This document shows positions 26,636-36,934 of a stretch of DNA of 64,000 bases, piece after piece; position 1 is the first letter of the stretch; each line of letters opens with the position of its first letter. The DNA is from an uncultured Bacteroidia bacterium (GTDB lineage: Bacteria > Bacteroidota > Bacteroidia > Bacteroidales > F082): contig CADADR010000007.1 of assembly GCA_902786745.1 (NCBI GenBank), forward strand, positions 80,282 to 144,281, in the 5' to 3' direction. The notes under the pieces were generated by a model, which was not told the origin of the DNA, made no database searches, and saw only the letters and a list, made by a program, of their open reading frames with translations. The position numbers and the translations under genes are program-made.

Positions 26636-27679
26636 ATGAGAATTTTGCTGCTACCCATATCGCTTTTGTATCATATCGTGCTCAGTATCAGGCACAAGCT
26701 ATACGATTGGCATCTATTGAGAAGCACACAATTCGAAAAGCCGGTAATTTGCGTGGGTAACCTCAACCTGGGTGGCACGGGAAAAACACCGCACACGGAA
26801 TACCTGATCAAACTGCTGAAAGGCGACTACCGTGTGGCGACCTTGAGTCGAGGCTACGGCAGGAAGACCAGAGGCTTCAAAATGGCGGAAACTACAAGCA
26901 CTTACGAAGACTTGGGCGACGAGCCGCTGCAATACTTCAAAAAATTTCCAGGGATTCAAGTCGCGGTAGACGAAAACCGTGCAGAAGGTGCCTCCCTGCT
27001 TTGGGAGCAGGGGGTCGAAGTTGTGCTTTTGGACGACGCCTTCCAACACCGCAGTATCAAGGCAGGATTGAATCTCCTTTTGACGGAATACCAACATCTA
27101 TATTGCGACGATTTCCTCTTCCCTGCCGGCAACTTGCGCGACGTGAGATCAGCTGCCAAACGTGCCGACATCATCGTGGTCAGCAAGTCGCCGGAAGTAT
27201 TGGCAGCAGAGGAAAAACAAACCATTATCAACAAGCTAAATCCTACGGAAAAACAACAGGTGTTTTTCTCCCATTTGGAATATGCATCATTGAAGCCTTT
27301 GAACGAGACGGCTAAAACAAAGACCGCCGAGAATACAGATTCGGTCTTGGCATTCTGTGGCATCGCTGACCCCGAGCCTTTCAAAACAGCATTGGAAAAG
27401 CAATACAAAAACGTTGTCGTTCTGCCTTTTGCCGACCATCACGCCTACACCGAAAACGACATAAAGGCCATACTAAAATGCTTTGGGAACCTTTTAGGCG
27501 AGAAGAAAATCATCGTCACTACAGAGAAAGATGCAGCGCGATTGACAAATTCTCCTTATCTTTGTCAGTTTGATGGCGCTCCGTTATACGATTTGCCCGT
27601 CAACGTGCGTTTCCATGAAGAAGAAAAGTTTAACGAAGAAATATTGAGATATGTACGACAAAATCATCACCACTGTTGA
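26636..27679 (+). CDS. lpxK: tetraacyldisaccharide 4'-kinase LpxK
   Basis: ORF 26549..27679, with the start moved to ATG 26636. P-loop VGNLNLGGTGKTP and motif LSRGYGRK. Confidence 0.9.
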   Translation: MRILLLPISLLYHIVLSIRHKLYDWHLLRSTQFEKPVICVGNLNLGGTGKTPHTEYLIKLLKGDYRVATLSRGYGRKTRGFKMAETTSTYEDLGDEPLQYFKKFPGIQVAVDENRAEGASLLWEQGVEVVLLDDAFQHRSIKAGLNLLLTEYQHLYCDDFLFPAGNLRDVRSAAKRADIIVVSKSPEVLAAEEKQTIINKLNPTEKQQVFFSHLEYASLKPLNETAKTKTAENTDSVLAFCGIADPEPFKTALEKQYKNVVVLPFADHHAYTENDIKAILKCFGNLLGEKKIIVTTEKDAARLTNSPYLCQFDGAPLYDLPVNVRFHEEEKFNEEILRYVRQNHHHC

Positions 27680-28487
27680 ATATATCAACCTGAAGACCAA
27701 AGGCTTCAGGCCCGAAATTGGCATTGTCTTGGGTTCGGGCTTGGGTGGCTTGGCCAACGGCATCACCGTGCAACACACCCTTCCCTACTCAGAGATACCC
27801 AATTTCCATGTCTCGACCGTGAAAGGCCACAAGGGGCAACTGCTGTTTGGCACCATCGCTGGTCGGCGTGTGGTAGCCATGCAAGGCCGTTTCCACTATT
27901 ATGAGGGTTACCCGATGAGTGCCATTACCTTCCCCATTCGTGTGATGATGCAGTTAGGCATACAGTTCCTCATACTCAGCAATGCTGCAGGCGGACTGAA
28001 CCCAAGCTACAAGGTGGGCGACATCATGATCATTAACGACCAAATCCATATGATGCCCAACCCGCTCATTGGTCAGCACGACGAGCGTTTCGGCGACCGC
28101 TTCCCCGACATGAGTGAGCCTTACGACAAGCGCCTCATCCGTTTGGCCGACGACATCGCCCGAGAGAAAGGCATCGAGGTACAACATGGCGTGTATTGCT
28201 CCACTTCCGGTCCGACCTACGAGACGCCTGCCGAATGCCGTTTCTTCCGCATCATCGGTGCCGACACCATCGGCATGTCGACCACCCACGAGGTCATCGT
28301 GGCACGTCAAGGCAAGCTACCCGTCTTCGGCTTAAGTATCGTCTCCGACATGGGCAATATCTATGGTGAGGAAAAGACCGTCACCATCACCCATGAAGAA
28401 GTCATCAAAGCCGTGAACGCCGTGGAGCCGAAGCTCATCACCCTTATCACCGAACTCATCCGCCGCAGCGCCGAAATCAAGTTCTGA
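27651..28487 (+). CDS. punA: purine nucleoside phosphorylase (PunA type)
   Basis: GIVLGSGLGGLA, GRFHYYEGY and MSTTHEV motifs. Overlaps the lpxK 3' end. Confidence 0.88.
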   Translation: MYDKIITTVEYINLKTKGFRPEIGIVLGSGLGGLANGITVQHTLPYSEIPNFHVSTVKGHKGQLLFGTIAGRRVVAMQGRFHYYEGYPMSAITFPIRVMMQLGIQFLILSNAAGGLNPSYKVGDIMIINDQIHMMPNPLIGQHDERFGDRFPDMSEPYDKRLIRLADDIAREKGIEVQHGVYCSTSGPTYETPAECRFFRIIGADTIGMSTTHEVIVARQGKLPVFGLSIVSDMGNIYGEEKTVTITHEEVIKAVNAVEPKLITLITELIRRSAEIKF

Positions 28488-29251
28488 TGGCCGTCTATTT
28501 CGTCACCGATTTTCATCTAGGCATTCCTACGCTTGAGGATAGCAAGGAACGCGAGCGCAAGCTGTTGCGTTTCTTCGACATGATCCGTCCTGACTGCGAG
28601 GAGCTCTACCTGATGGGCGACCTCTTCGACTTTTGGTTTGAATATAAGACCGTGATCCCGAGAGGTTTCGTCAGGCTGCAAGGTAAGCTGGCCGAGTTCA
28701 CCGATGCTGGCATCCCCGTGCACATGTTCATCGGCAACCACGACCTATGGAGTTTCGGCTACCTACATGACGAGCTTGGTCTTGAGATGCACCGCGAGCC
28801 CGTCATCAAGGACATCAAAGGCAAGAAGTTCTTTTTGGTCCACGGCGACGGCCAAGGGCCGGGAGACAATGGCTACAAGTTCTTGAAAAAAGTGTTTGAG
28901 TGCAAGTTCAACCAATGGTTGTTCAGACATTTACATCCTGATATTGGCATTGGTTTGGCTTTAAAATGGTCGCACAACCACCGTCTGAAGAAACTCAAGA
29001 ACGAGGTAGAGCGGGGCTATTACGATAATGTCCCAGAGACCCGGCTCTACCAATACGCCCAAGAGCAAGCCGCCCTTGACCCAAGCATCGACTTCTTTGT
29101 CTTTGGCCACCAACACAAGCCCATGCAATATAAGTCCGGCAACCATGCCTTGACCACTGTCGTTGGCAATTGGATTTACGATTTCACTTATGCCGTGTTT
29201 GACGGAGAGACGGTGGAATTGAAATATTTTGAGAAGCAAGACAACAACTAA
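28487..29251 (+). CDS. lpxH: UDP-2,3-diacylglucosamine diphosphatase LpxH-like metallophosphoesterase
   Basis: TDFHLG, GDLFDFW and GNHD calcineurin-like motifs. Start overlaps the punA stop. Confidence 0.8.
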   Translation: MAVYFVTDFHLGIPTLEDSKERERKLLRFFDMIRPDCEELYLMGDLFDFWFEYKTVIPRGFVRLQGKLAEFTDAGIPVHMFIGNHDLWSFGYLHDELGLEMHREPVIKDIKGKKFFLVHGDGQGPGDNGYKFLKKVFECKFNQWLFRHLHPDIGIGLALKWSHNHRLKKLKNEVERGYYDNVPETRLYQYAQEQAALDPSIDFFVFGHQHKPMQYKSGNHALTTVVGNWIYDFTYAVFDGETVELKYFEKQDNN

Positions 29252-29263
29252 AAAACATACATT

Positions 29264-30640
29264 ATGCAAATCACGAAGAATTACATTGAAGCCAACAAGG
29301 AGCGTTTCCTTGAGGAACTCTTTGGCTTGATTAGAATCCCATCTATCAGTTCAGAATCAGCCCACAAGCCGGACATGATCCGTTGTGCCGAATACTGGCG
29401 CGATGCCATCCTGGCCGCTGGTGCCGACAAGGCCGAGGTGATGCCCACCGAGGGCAACCCCATCGTCTACGGTGAGAAGATCATTGACCCGAAACTGCCT
29501 ACCGTGCTTGTTTACGGCCACTACGACGTGATGCCCGTCGACCCTATCGACCTGTGGCACACTGATCCGTTTGAACCTGTTATCAAAGACGGTAAAATCT
29601 GGGCTCGTGGCGCTGACGACGACAAAGGCCAGTCGTTCATGCACGCCAAGGCCTTTGAAACCATGGTAAAGACCAACACCCTCCCCTGCAACGTGAAGTT
29701 CATGCTCGAAGGCGAAGAGGAAATCGGCTCAGGCAGCCTATCGAAATGGGTCGTGGATTACAAAGACCTCGTCAAAGCCGACGTCATCCTTGTGTCCGAC
29801 ACCTCGATGATTGGTCCCGACGTGCCGAGCATCACTACGGGTTTGCGTGGCCTCGCCTATTGGGAGATTGAAGTCACCGGTCCCAATGCCGACCTGCACT
29901 CTGGTCTCTTCGGCGGCAGCGTTGCCAACCCGCTCAACACCCTCTGCGAGATGATCGCCAAGTGCATGGACGAGAACAACCACATCACCATACCGCATTT
30001 CTATGACGACGTCATCGAATGCTCTCCCCGCGAGCGCGAACTGCTCAACATGGCACCTTACAACGAGGAGAACTACAAGAACAGCCTCGGTGTGAAAGCC
30101 CTGCGCGGCGAAGAAGGCTATACCAAGATCGAACGCGTCGGCATACGTCCCACCTTCGACCTCTGTGGTATGTGGGGTGGCTACACAGGCGAAGGCGCCA
30201 AGACCGTGTTGCCTTCGAAGGCTTACGCCAAGCTCTCCTGCCGCCTCGTACCCAACCAAAACAATGAGAAGATTGCCGTTTTGGTGAAGGACTATCTGGA
30301 GAAGAACGCTCCCGACTATGTCACCGTGAAGGTCACGCCGCTGCATGGCGGACAAGCCTATGGTTGCCCTGTCGACCTACCGGCTTACAAAGCCGCAGAA
30401 GCCGCCTATATGGACACCTATGGCAAACTGCCCATCCCGATGCGTTCGGGCGGCTCGATTCCGATTATCGCCAGATTTGAGGAAGTGCTGGGCATCAAGT
30501 CCATCCTCATGGGCTTCGGCCTTGGCGAAGACGCCATCCACTCACCCAACGAGAACTATCGCCTCGACCACTTCTACAAAGGCATCGAGACCATCATTGC
30601 CTTCTATCAGCATTTTGCCAAAGGCAGTGAACTTGCATAA
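29264..30640 (+). CDS. M20-family dipeptidase
   Basis: GHYDVMPVD and ARGADDDKGQ metal-binding motifs. 458 aa. Confidence 0.85.
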   Translation: MQITKNYIEANKERFLEELFGLIRIPSISSESAHKPDMIRCAEYWRDAILAAGADKAEVMPTEGNPIVYGEKIIDPKLPTVLVYGHYDVMPVDPIDLWHTDPFEPVIKDGKIWARGADDDKGQSFMHAKAFETMVKTNTLPCNVKFMLEGEEEIGSGSLSKWVVDYKDLVKADVILVSDTSMIGPDVPSITTGLRGLAYWEIEVTGPNADLHSGLFGGSVANPLNTLCEMIAKCMDENNHITIPHFYDDVIECSPRERELLNMAPYNEENYKNSLGVKALRGEEGYTKIERVGIRPTFDLCGMWGGYTGEGAKTVLPSKAYAKLSCRLVPNQNNEKIAVLVKDYLEKNAPDYVTVKVTPLHGGQAYGCPVDLPAYKAAEAAYMDTYGKLPIPMRSGGSIPIIARFEEVLGIKSILMGFGLGEDAIHSPNENYRLDHFYKGIETIIAFYQHFAKGSELA

Positions 30641-30662
30641 AGAATAGCTATTTATTGAAACT

Positions 30663-30691
30663 AAAAAGAGCGGCGATTGCCGCTCTTTTTA
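30663..30691. terminator. bidirectional terminator
   Basis: A-run, stem agagcggc/gccgctct, T-run. Confidence 0.8.
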
Positions 30692-30693
30692 GT

Positions 30694-31887
30694 TTATTTC
30701 GAGAACATCACCTTCTCGCTGTTGAACATTCGAGTTAGCCCCCAAACGGCGAAGCCCGTGTAAACCACATTGGCCGCTAAGGTAACGATGACCGGCATCC
30801 ACCTCATCTCGTGGGCGAAGACAGCCGTCATCACCTGGATGGAGTTGTAGAAAGGTATCAGGTAGGCCGTCAGACTCTCAGGCGTGCCACTTTGGAACAT
30901 AGGCGTCAGGCCGCAGAACATCACCACCAGCATGAAAGGCGTGATCATCGTGCCCGCGTTCTTCACGTCTTTGGCCAAGGCAGAAAGCAAGCTGACAGCT
31001 GATGCCATGATAAGCACAGAAGACAAAATGATAAGTAGCAAAACCGTATAATCTGCACTCGTGTAGTTGAGCCCCAGTTCTATGCCAGCCTCGTCGGCTT
31101 GTATCATCTTAGGCAATGACAGCACGATACCAATAAAACTCGAGATACCGCTCAGCAGCGCGATGCCGCTCAATGAGACCACTTTGCCCAAGGCCAGCTC
31201 ATTCCTCTTCAACGGCGTCACCAACAAGGTGGCGATGGTGCCGCGTTCTTTCTCGCCAGCGATGCTACTTGGCGCTATGGCCATCACACCACTGAAGAGC
31301 ATCATCAGAATGAGCATAGGGATGAGTTTAGACAAGATGCTACCCAGCACATCGTCCTTGTTAGCCATGTCGAATTGGGCTTCCTCAGAATCGGCGCGGT
31401 TGATGTCGAAGCGATTGCTCAGCTGGTCTTCGTAAGCAGAAAGCGAGGCTTCAATGATGTGATAGACGCGACTTGACGCGTTGTTGGCCGAGTTGTAATA
31501 AATCTCCACATTGGGAGCTGCCATACCGCTTTGCGGGTCAAAGGCAGCCACCTTTTCATCAAACGCTTCGGGAAAACGCATCAGCACGACATCGAGGTCT
31601 TTGTTTTCAAGATTCTTGACATCATCCTCCAACAGGGGCATTGGCATCAGTGTCGTATTGGGTATCTCTTTCAGTATAGGGAGCATACTTTCTGGCAGAT
31701 TCTCCACTTGGAGAATGACATCCTCATTGGCTCCCTCGTTGGCCATCTTTTTCATGCCCATACCCATGAAGGAGTAAATAATGTAGATGAGCAGGCCTGG
31801 CATGATGACTGTAGTGAACAGCAGCTGACGGTCGCCAAAGAAACGGGCAAACTCTTTCTTGATGATCGTTAAGGTGTTGCTTTTCAT
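30694..31887 (-). CDS. ABC-2 type transporter permease (NatB-like)
   Basis: ORF 30694..31953, with the start moved to ATG 31887 ([21 protein letters not shown]), which overlaps the stop of the ATPase gene. Multiple TM segments. Confidence 0.8.
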   Translation of the reverse strand: MKSNTLTIIKKEFARFFGDRQLLFTTVIMPGLLIYIIYSFMGMGMKKMANEGANEDVILQVENLPESMLPILKEIPNTTLMPMPLLEDDVKNLENKDLDVVLMRFPEAFDEKVAAFDPQSGMAAPNVEIYYNSANNASSRVYHIIEASLSAYEDQLSNRFDINRADSEEAQFDMANKDDVLGSILSKLIPMLILMMLFSGVMAIAPSSIAGEKERGTIATLLVTPLKRNELALGKVVSLSGIALLSGISSFIGIVLSLPKMIQADEAGIELGLNYTSADYTVLLLIILSSVLIMASAVSLLSALAKDVKNAGTMITPFMLVVMFCGLTPMFQSGTPESLTAYLIPFYNSIQVMTAVFAHEMRWMPVIVTLAANVVYTGFAVWGLTRMFNSEKVMFSK

Positions 31888-32660
31888 TCTTCGCCTCCTT
31901 TCACTTCTTTGTACATTTCGAAGAAACGATCCTCCAGCGAGAGGCCGTCGCACACCTCTTCGAGGGTGCCACAGGCTGTCATGCGGCCATCGATGATGAT
32001 GCCCACACGGTCGCAGAGACGCTCCACCAGACTGAAAATATGGGTACTGAGGATAATGGTCTTGCCCTCGGCACGCAACTCCTGCAAGTAATCGGTAACG
32101 GTGCGGGCCGTCAACACGTCGAGTCCGTTGGTGGGCTCATCGAAGATGATGATGTCGGGGTTGTGCACCAGTGAGATGACCAGCGACAGCTTCTGCTTCA
32201 TACCTGTGGACAGGTTGGCCACCTTCACCTCAGCGAATTTGTTGATGCCGAAACGCTCAAACAACTGGGTTTTGCGTGCTGAGATAACCTCTGGTGCAAT
32301 ACCGTAAAGTTGTGAGAAGAAGTCAAACAGGTAATTGGGCGTAAAGAAATCCTCGAGTTTCAGTTCCGAGGTCAGGAAGCCGATCTTACCGCGCACCTCT
32401 TCGGGTTGGTTCACTACGCTGCAACCATCCAGCAACGCATCGCCACTGTCGGGGCGTATCAAGGTCGCCAACATACGGAGCGTGGTGGTCTTGCCGGCAC
32501 CGTTGGGACCTAGCAGTCCAAAAATCTCACCTTTGTTGGCAGTAAATGAAAGGTCATTGACCGCAATAATCTCCTTACGGTTGGTCCTTTCTATCTGTTG
32601 TTGTTTGCGCGAAAGCCTGAAAGTCTTGCTCAAGCCCTCAACGCGAAGGATCTCATTCAT
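31884..32660 (-). CDS. ABC transporter ATP-binding protein (NatA-like)
   Basis: Walker [10 protein letters not shown], signature LSTGMKQK and Walker B IIIFDEP. Confidence 0.9.
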   Translation of the reverse strand: MNEILRVEGLSKTFRLSRKQQQIERTNRKEIIAVNDLSFTANKGEIFGLLGPNGAGKTTTLRMLATLIRPDSGDALLDGCSVVNQPEEVRGKIGFLTSELKLEDFFTPNYLFDFFSQLYGIAPEVISARKTQLFERFGINKFAEVKVANLSTGMKQKLSLVISLVHNPDIIIFDEPTNGLDVLTARTVTDYLQELRAEGKTIILSTHIFSLVERLCDRVGIIIDGRMTACGTLEEVCDGLSLEDRFFEMYKEVKGGEE

Positions 32661-32672
32661 ATTTCAACGAAA

Positions 32673-34730
32673 TTAATCTATCACATGCTGATAATATGTG
32701 CCTTCCTGGAAGTTCTTGATGCCATCTTTCAGGAAAGCCACAAAAGCGTCTTTGTCCAAATCATAAGCACGAGGCTTCATCAGCAGGTTGCCATTGTGGT
32801 CAAGCAGGCAGTAGTAGGGTTGCGCATTGGTACCAAACTTAGAGATTTGGAAGTCGGCATACTTGCGACCGATGGTCTTCTTTTCCTTGCCGTCGTAAGT
32901 AGAGGTATACCATTCGTTCTCCGGCAATGAAGTCTTATCATCAACGTATAAGGCACAGAGGACAAAATCGTGGCGCAACATATCCTTCACGCGCGGGTCA
33001 CTCCACACATTGGCTTCCATCTCACGGCAGTTAACACAGCCGTGGCCGGTGAAGTCGACAAAGATGGGACGGTTGAGCGCCTTTGCAGCAGCAAGGGCTT
33101 GGTCGTAATCGAAATAGCCCTTCAGGTTATGTGGCAGATGGAAGAGGTCAGCATACTTGGGCTCTTCGTCAAACTCGCCCACGGCCACCGTCTCACCTTG
33201 TGGCGCCACCGCCATATTGGCGAACTTGGCATCCACATAGTCGATGACCTTCTCACTGTTCTCCTCGATAATGCGGTTGAGGTCGAAGTCGAGGGTCTGC
33301 TTGGGCGGCAGATAACCCGAGAGGGCCTTCAAAGGAGCGCCCCACATACCAGGAATCATATACACCACAAAGACAAGGTCGATGATGATCAGGACGAGGC
33401 GGAACACGCCCAGTTCCTTGACTTCCTTCTCGCCTTTGAAACGAATCTTACCCAAAAGATAAAGGCCGAGCAAGGCGAAGCATACAATCCAAATGCCGAG
33501 GTAGACCTCACGGTCGAGCAAGTGCCAGTGGTAGGTCTGGTCAGCCACACTGAGGAACTTGAAGCCCAGGGCGACTTCGATGAAACCTAACACGACCTTC
33601 ACGGAAGTGAGCCAGCCACCGCTCTTGGGCAGACGCTGCAGCAGGTTCGGGAAGAAGGCAAACAGGGCAAACGGAAGGGCAAAGGCCACGGCGAAGGCAA
33701 ACATCGTCACGATAGGAGCCCAGAACTCGCCCGAGGTCGACTTGATGAGCACCGTGCCCACGATAGGGCCCGTGCAGGCGAACGACACCAACACCAAAGT
33801 CAAGGCCATGAAGAAGATGCCACCGAGGTTCTTGGTGCTTTGCTTGCTGTCGCTCTTGTTCACCATGTTGCTACCCAGTGTGATTTCGAAAGCGCCGAAG
33901 AACGAGGCCGCGAAGATCATGAACACCAGGAAGAAAATGATGTTGGGCAGCCAGTGCGTGGCCAGCCAGTTAAAGATGTCGGCCGTGACGCTGTTGCCGC
34001 CCACAAGCCAAGTCACCAGGATGATGATGGCGATAGGCAAGGTGTAAAGCAACACGATGAAAAGGAAATACATGAAAGCCTTGAAACGACCTTGTGCCTT
34101 GGTTTCGCCCTCACCGTGCATGAAGAACGACACGGTCATGGGGATCATGGGGAACACGCAAGGCGTTAGGATGGCGGCGAAGCCCCAAAGGATGGCTTCG
34201 AGAATCATTCCCCAGATATTGGATTTCTTGCCAGCAGTGGCTTCGGGTTCAGCGGCCTCAATCACAGCAGGTTCACCATATTGCAGGTCAACGTCTTCCG
34301 CCAAGGAGACACACTGTCCGTCCTTGCAGGCTTGGTAAGTGATCTCGCCCGTAACGGGGAAGCCACCGTCCTTCAGCTTACGGAAGGTCTGGGCAAACTG
34401 CGCCGTGCCAGCAAACTGCTTGTATTCCACCTCAAAGATGTCGTCGTAATACATCGGCACCTCGGTGAGGTCGCGCGCCTCGCCCACCGCCTCGAAAAAC
34501 TCAGAGGTCTTGATGTCGAACACCGTAGGAAGCGGTCCTAAGGCAGGCATCGTAGTGGAATAGATGTGATACTCAGGGTCGATGGTGGCTGTAGCCACAA
34601 CATCAAACTCCGTTTCATTGAGGTCTTCGATTGTGATTGACCACTTGACAGGGTCAATGATCTGAGCACGAACCTGCATGGGCATAATAGCAACAAAGGC
34701 CATCAGCAGGCAGAAAAACAGTCGTTTCAT
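32673..34730 (-). CDS. dsbD: thiol:disulfide interchange protein DsbD-like (N-terminal domain, CcdA-type TM core, C-terminal thioredoxin)
   Basis: Start taken at ATG 34730 (MKRLFFCLLMAFVAIMPMQVRAQ). Contains TPCVFPMIP and the thioredoxin motif GHGCVNC. Confidence 0.85.
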   Translation of the reverse strand: MKRLFFCLLMAFVAIMPMQVRAQIIDPVKWSITIEDLNETEFDVVATATIDPEYHIYSTTMPALGPLPTVFDIKTSEFFEAVGEARDLTEVPMYYDDIFEVEYKQFAGTAQFAQTFRKLKDGGFPVTGEITYQACKDGQCVSLAEDVDLQYGEPAVIEAAEPEATAGKKSNIWGMILEAILWGFAAILTPCVFPMIPMTVSFFMHGEGETKAQGRFKAFMYFLFIVLLYTLPIAIIILVTWLVGGNSVTADIFNWLATHWLPNIIFFLVFMIFAASFFGAFEITLGSNMVNKSDSKQSTKNLGGIFFMALTLVLVSFACTGPIVGTVLIKSTSGEFWAPIVTMFAFAVAFALPFALFAFFPNLLQRLPKSGGWLTSVKVVLGFIEVALGFKFLSVADQTYHWHLLDREVYLGIWIVCFALLGLYLLGKIRFKGEKEVKELGVFRLVLIIIDLVFVVYMIPGMWGAPLKALSGYLPPKQTLDFDLNRIIEENSEKVIDYVDAKFANMAVAPQGETVAVGEFDEEPKYADLFHLPHNLKGYFDYDQALAAAKALNRPIFVDFTGHGCVNCREMEANVWSDPRVKDMLRHDFVLCALYVDDKTSLPENEWYTSTYDGKEKKTIGRKYADFQISKFGTNAQPYYCLLDHNGNLLMKPRAYDLDKDAFVAFLKDGIKNFQEGTYYQHVID

Positions 34731-34847
34731 AGGTAACTTTGTATTTGTTTGCAAACAATGATATTAATTAAGGTGCAAAAATAATAAGATTTACAACATG
34801 ACCGAGAAAAAATATGTTTTTGCCAACAAAGAGCAGAGAGGACATAC

Positions 34848-36212
34848 TTAGGACCGATTCCATCTGCATTCAAAAACAGTCTTTGTGTCGTCGGTAATCT
34901 TGAAACGGTCATCCATGCGGTAGCCAACCACCCAAAGAATGTCGCCATCAGCGGAAACCAATAGCCACACATTTTGTTTTTGGTATTCCGTAAACTTCTG
35001 GTCCACAAAGAAATCGCTCAGCAGTTTGGAGCCTTTCATGCCCAAAGGATGGAAGCGGTCACCGTGGCGCCAGTGCCTCAAGGTCAAGGGAAAACTCAAT
35101 TTGTTGAAATCCAGTTGCGCCACTTCGGGCGACTTGTCGATGATGAAATCGGCATTCTTCTCAAACCTGAAAAAACGAAGATGCACAGGCGAAAGGACTT
35201 CCTCCTCCCCTATTTCGATTTGGATTTCATCATCTTTTTTCTCCTTTATTTCAGAGAGTTGCAAGTCATCCCTACCGATTACTACGTGATGCGTAGGCGA
35301 ACAATATTGATTCCCGATACCAGTTCCGATGGAATCGTAGATGAAACGGCATTGGTCGGTGTTAAAGCCGTATTGTCTTAGCCATTCGAAAAGCAATTGG
35401 AATGAATAAACCGGCCCTTCGACGGGCTCAGGGACCTTAGCTTTTACGAGTTTAGAAAAAGGCAGTCTTTGAACATCTCCACCTTGCTCAACAATTTGCG
35501 CCAACTTCTCTTTCAATAAGGCCCTATAAAGCTCATTTTCAGCAGAAAGATGCTCCAACGATTTGTACAATCCTTGGCGCGCCTCAGGATGCAATTCATC
35601 GAAAGTGGGCAATAATTGATTGCGGATTTTGTTGCGCAGATAAACTGACTCGGCATTGGTATGGTCTTCATGCCATGTGATTTGGCTCTCAACGGCATAC
35701 TGACGGATTTGCTCTCGTGATGCCCACAACAATGGACGAATGATCGCGCCGTTTTGTGGCTTCATGCCTTTCAGTCCGTTGAGGCCTGCACCACGCAATA
35801 AGTTGATGAAAAAAGTCTCGGCTTGATCGTCGGCATGGTGGGCCACAGCGATTTTGTCATAACCTAACTGCTGCCGCAATTCTTCAAACCAAGCATAGCG
35901 CATATCTCGGGCGGCCATTTCAATAGAAATTCCGTTTTCTGAAGCGTATTTCTCGGTATCAAAATGCTTTACAAAGCACTGTATTCCATGCTTTTCCGCA
36001 AACTTGCGCACGAACCAATCGTCTCCGTCCGACTCCTCGCCGCGCAAATGAAAATTGCAATGCGCCGCAACAAACTCCACCTTGGTTTTTAGCAACAAAT
36101 CCGCCAAAACCATGGAGTCGATGCCGCCACTGAGGGCCAAAATGACTTTTTCGCCCTCGGCAATCAAATTATACCTATTAATATATGCCTGAAACTGCTC
36201 GAGCATGGTCAT
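34848..36212 (-). CDS. tilS: tRNA(Ile)-lysidine synthetase TilS
   Basis: PP-loop SGGIDS. Start overlaps the flavin reductase stop (ATGA). Confidence 0.9.
   Translation of the reverse strand: MTMLEQFQAYINRYNLIAEGEKVILALSGGIDSMVLADLLLKTKVEFVAAHCNFHLRGEESDGDDWFVRKFAEKHGIQCFVKHFDTEKYASENGISIEMAARDMRYAWFEELRQQLGYDKIAVAHHADDQAETFFINLLRGAGLNGLKGMKPQNGAIIRPLLWASREQIRQYAVESQITWHEDHTNAESVYLRNKIRNQLLPTFDELHPEARQGLYKSLEHLSAENELYRALLKEKLAQIVEQGGDVQRLPFSKLVKAKVPEPVEGPVYSFQLLFEWLRQYGFNTDQCRFIYDSIGTGIGNQYCSPTHHVVIGRDDLQLSEIKEKKDDEIQIEIGEEEVLSPVHLRFFRFEKNADFIIDKSPEVAQLDFNKLSFPLTLRHWRHGDRFHPLGMKGSKLLSDFFVDQKFTEYQKQNVWLLVSADGDILWVVGYRMDDRFKITDDTKTVFECRWNRS
35411..35438. repeat. 28-nt dispersed repeat, copy inside the tilS CDS
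   Basis: ccggcccttcgacgggctcagggacctt. A near-identical copy, tcggcccttcgacgggctcaggggcctt, lies at 39241-39268. Confidence 0.85.
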
Positions 36213-36775
36213 TTCTTTTTCTTCACCGAGAAGCCAAAGCCCCCGATTTTCTCGCCGAGGCCATAATACTTGCCATGGGAATAGGCCAAAGGCTTAGCGT
36301 GATTCAACTGAAAAGCACCCGTGCCCTTGTCGATGAGTTTTTCCTCCGCATTGACGGCCACCACCTCAGCGATGAACATATCGTGTGAACCCAATTCCTT
36401 TACCTCCACCACCTTGCACTCGATGCTCAACGGCGATTCCTTTATCAAAGGTGCTTTCACGACTTGGGCAGGCTCAGTGTGCAGGTGCATCTCCTTGAAC
36501 TTGTTGTAGTCGCGGCCTGAGCGCACGCCACACCAGTCTGTGGCAGCGGCCAAGTCCTCCGTCGTCAGGTTGATGACAAACTCCTTGTTTTTCATGATGA
36601 GTTCGTGCGAGTGGCGTTCCTTGCGGACGGAAATGTAGCACATGGGCGGGTCGGAGCAAATCGTTCCCGTCCAGCCGATGGTGATGATATTATAGTTTTC
36701 CTCGCAGTCGCCGCAAGTGACCATCACGGCGGGCAAGGGATAAATCAATGTACCGGGTTTGAAGGGGATTTTCAT
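36209..36775 (-). CDS. flavin reductase family protein
   Basis: 188 aa with a flavin reductase-like beta-barrel pattern (PLPAVMVTCGD...ITIGW...HDMFIAEVV). Confidence 0.8.
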   Translation of the reverse strand: MKIPFKPGTLIYPLPAVMVTCGDCEENYNIITIGWTGTICSDPPMCYISVRKERHSHELIMKNKEFVINLTTEDLAAATDWCGVRSGRDYNKFKEMHLHTEPAQVVKAPLIKESPLSIECKVVEVKELGSHDMFIAEVVAVNAEEKLIDKGTGAFQLNHAKPLAYSHGKYYGLGEKIGGFGFSVKKKK

Positions 36776-36840
36776 TTTAGTTGGCAGTTTGCAGTTGTTC
36801 AGTTGGCAGTTAGGAGTTCAACTCCGAGACGCTTTTGATT

Positions 36841-36887
36841 TTGGTGCAAAAATAACGATTTTCTTTGTCATCTTGCGGAGAATGATT
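36841..36887 (-). repeat. promoter-bearing ~47-bp segment, copy 1 (drives the flavin reductase-tilS operon)
   Basis: Contains rc TATTTTTG (36847-36854) and tcatcttgcggagaat (36868-36883). About 38/47 identical, by my hand alignment, to 37551-37597. Confidence 0.7.
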
Positions 36888-36934
36888 CGTAGTATTTATA
36901 CGCAAGCATCCAAATCATGCTACTTTAATACAGC

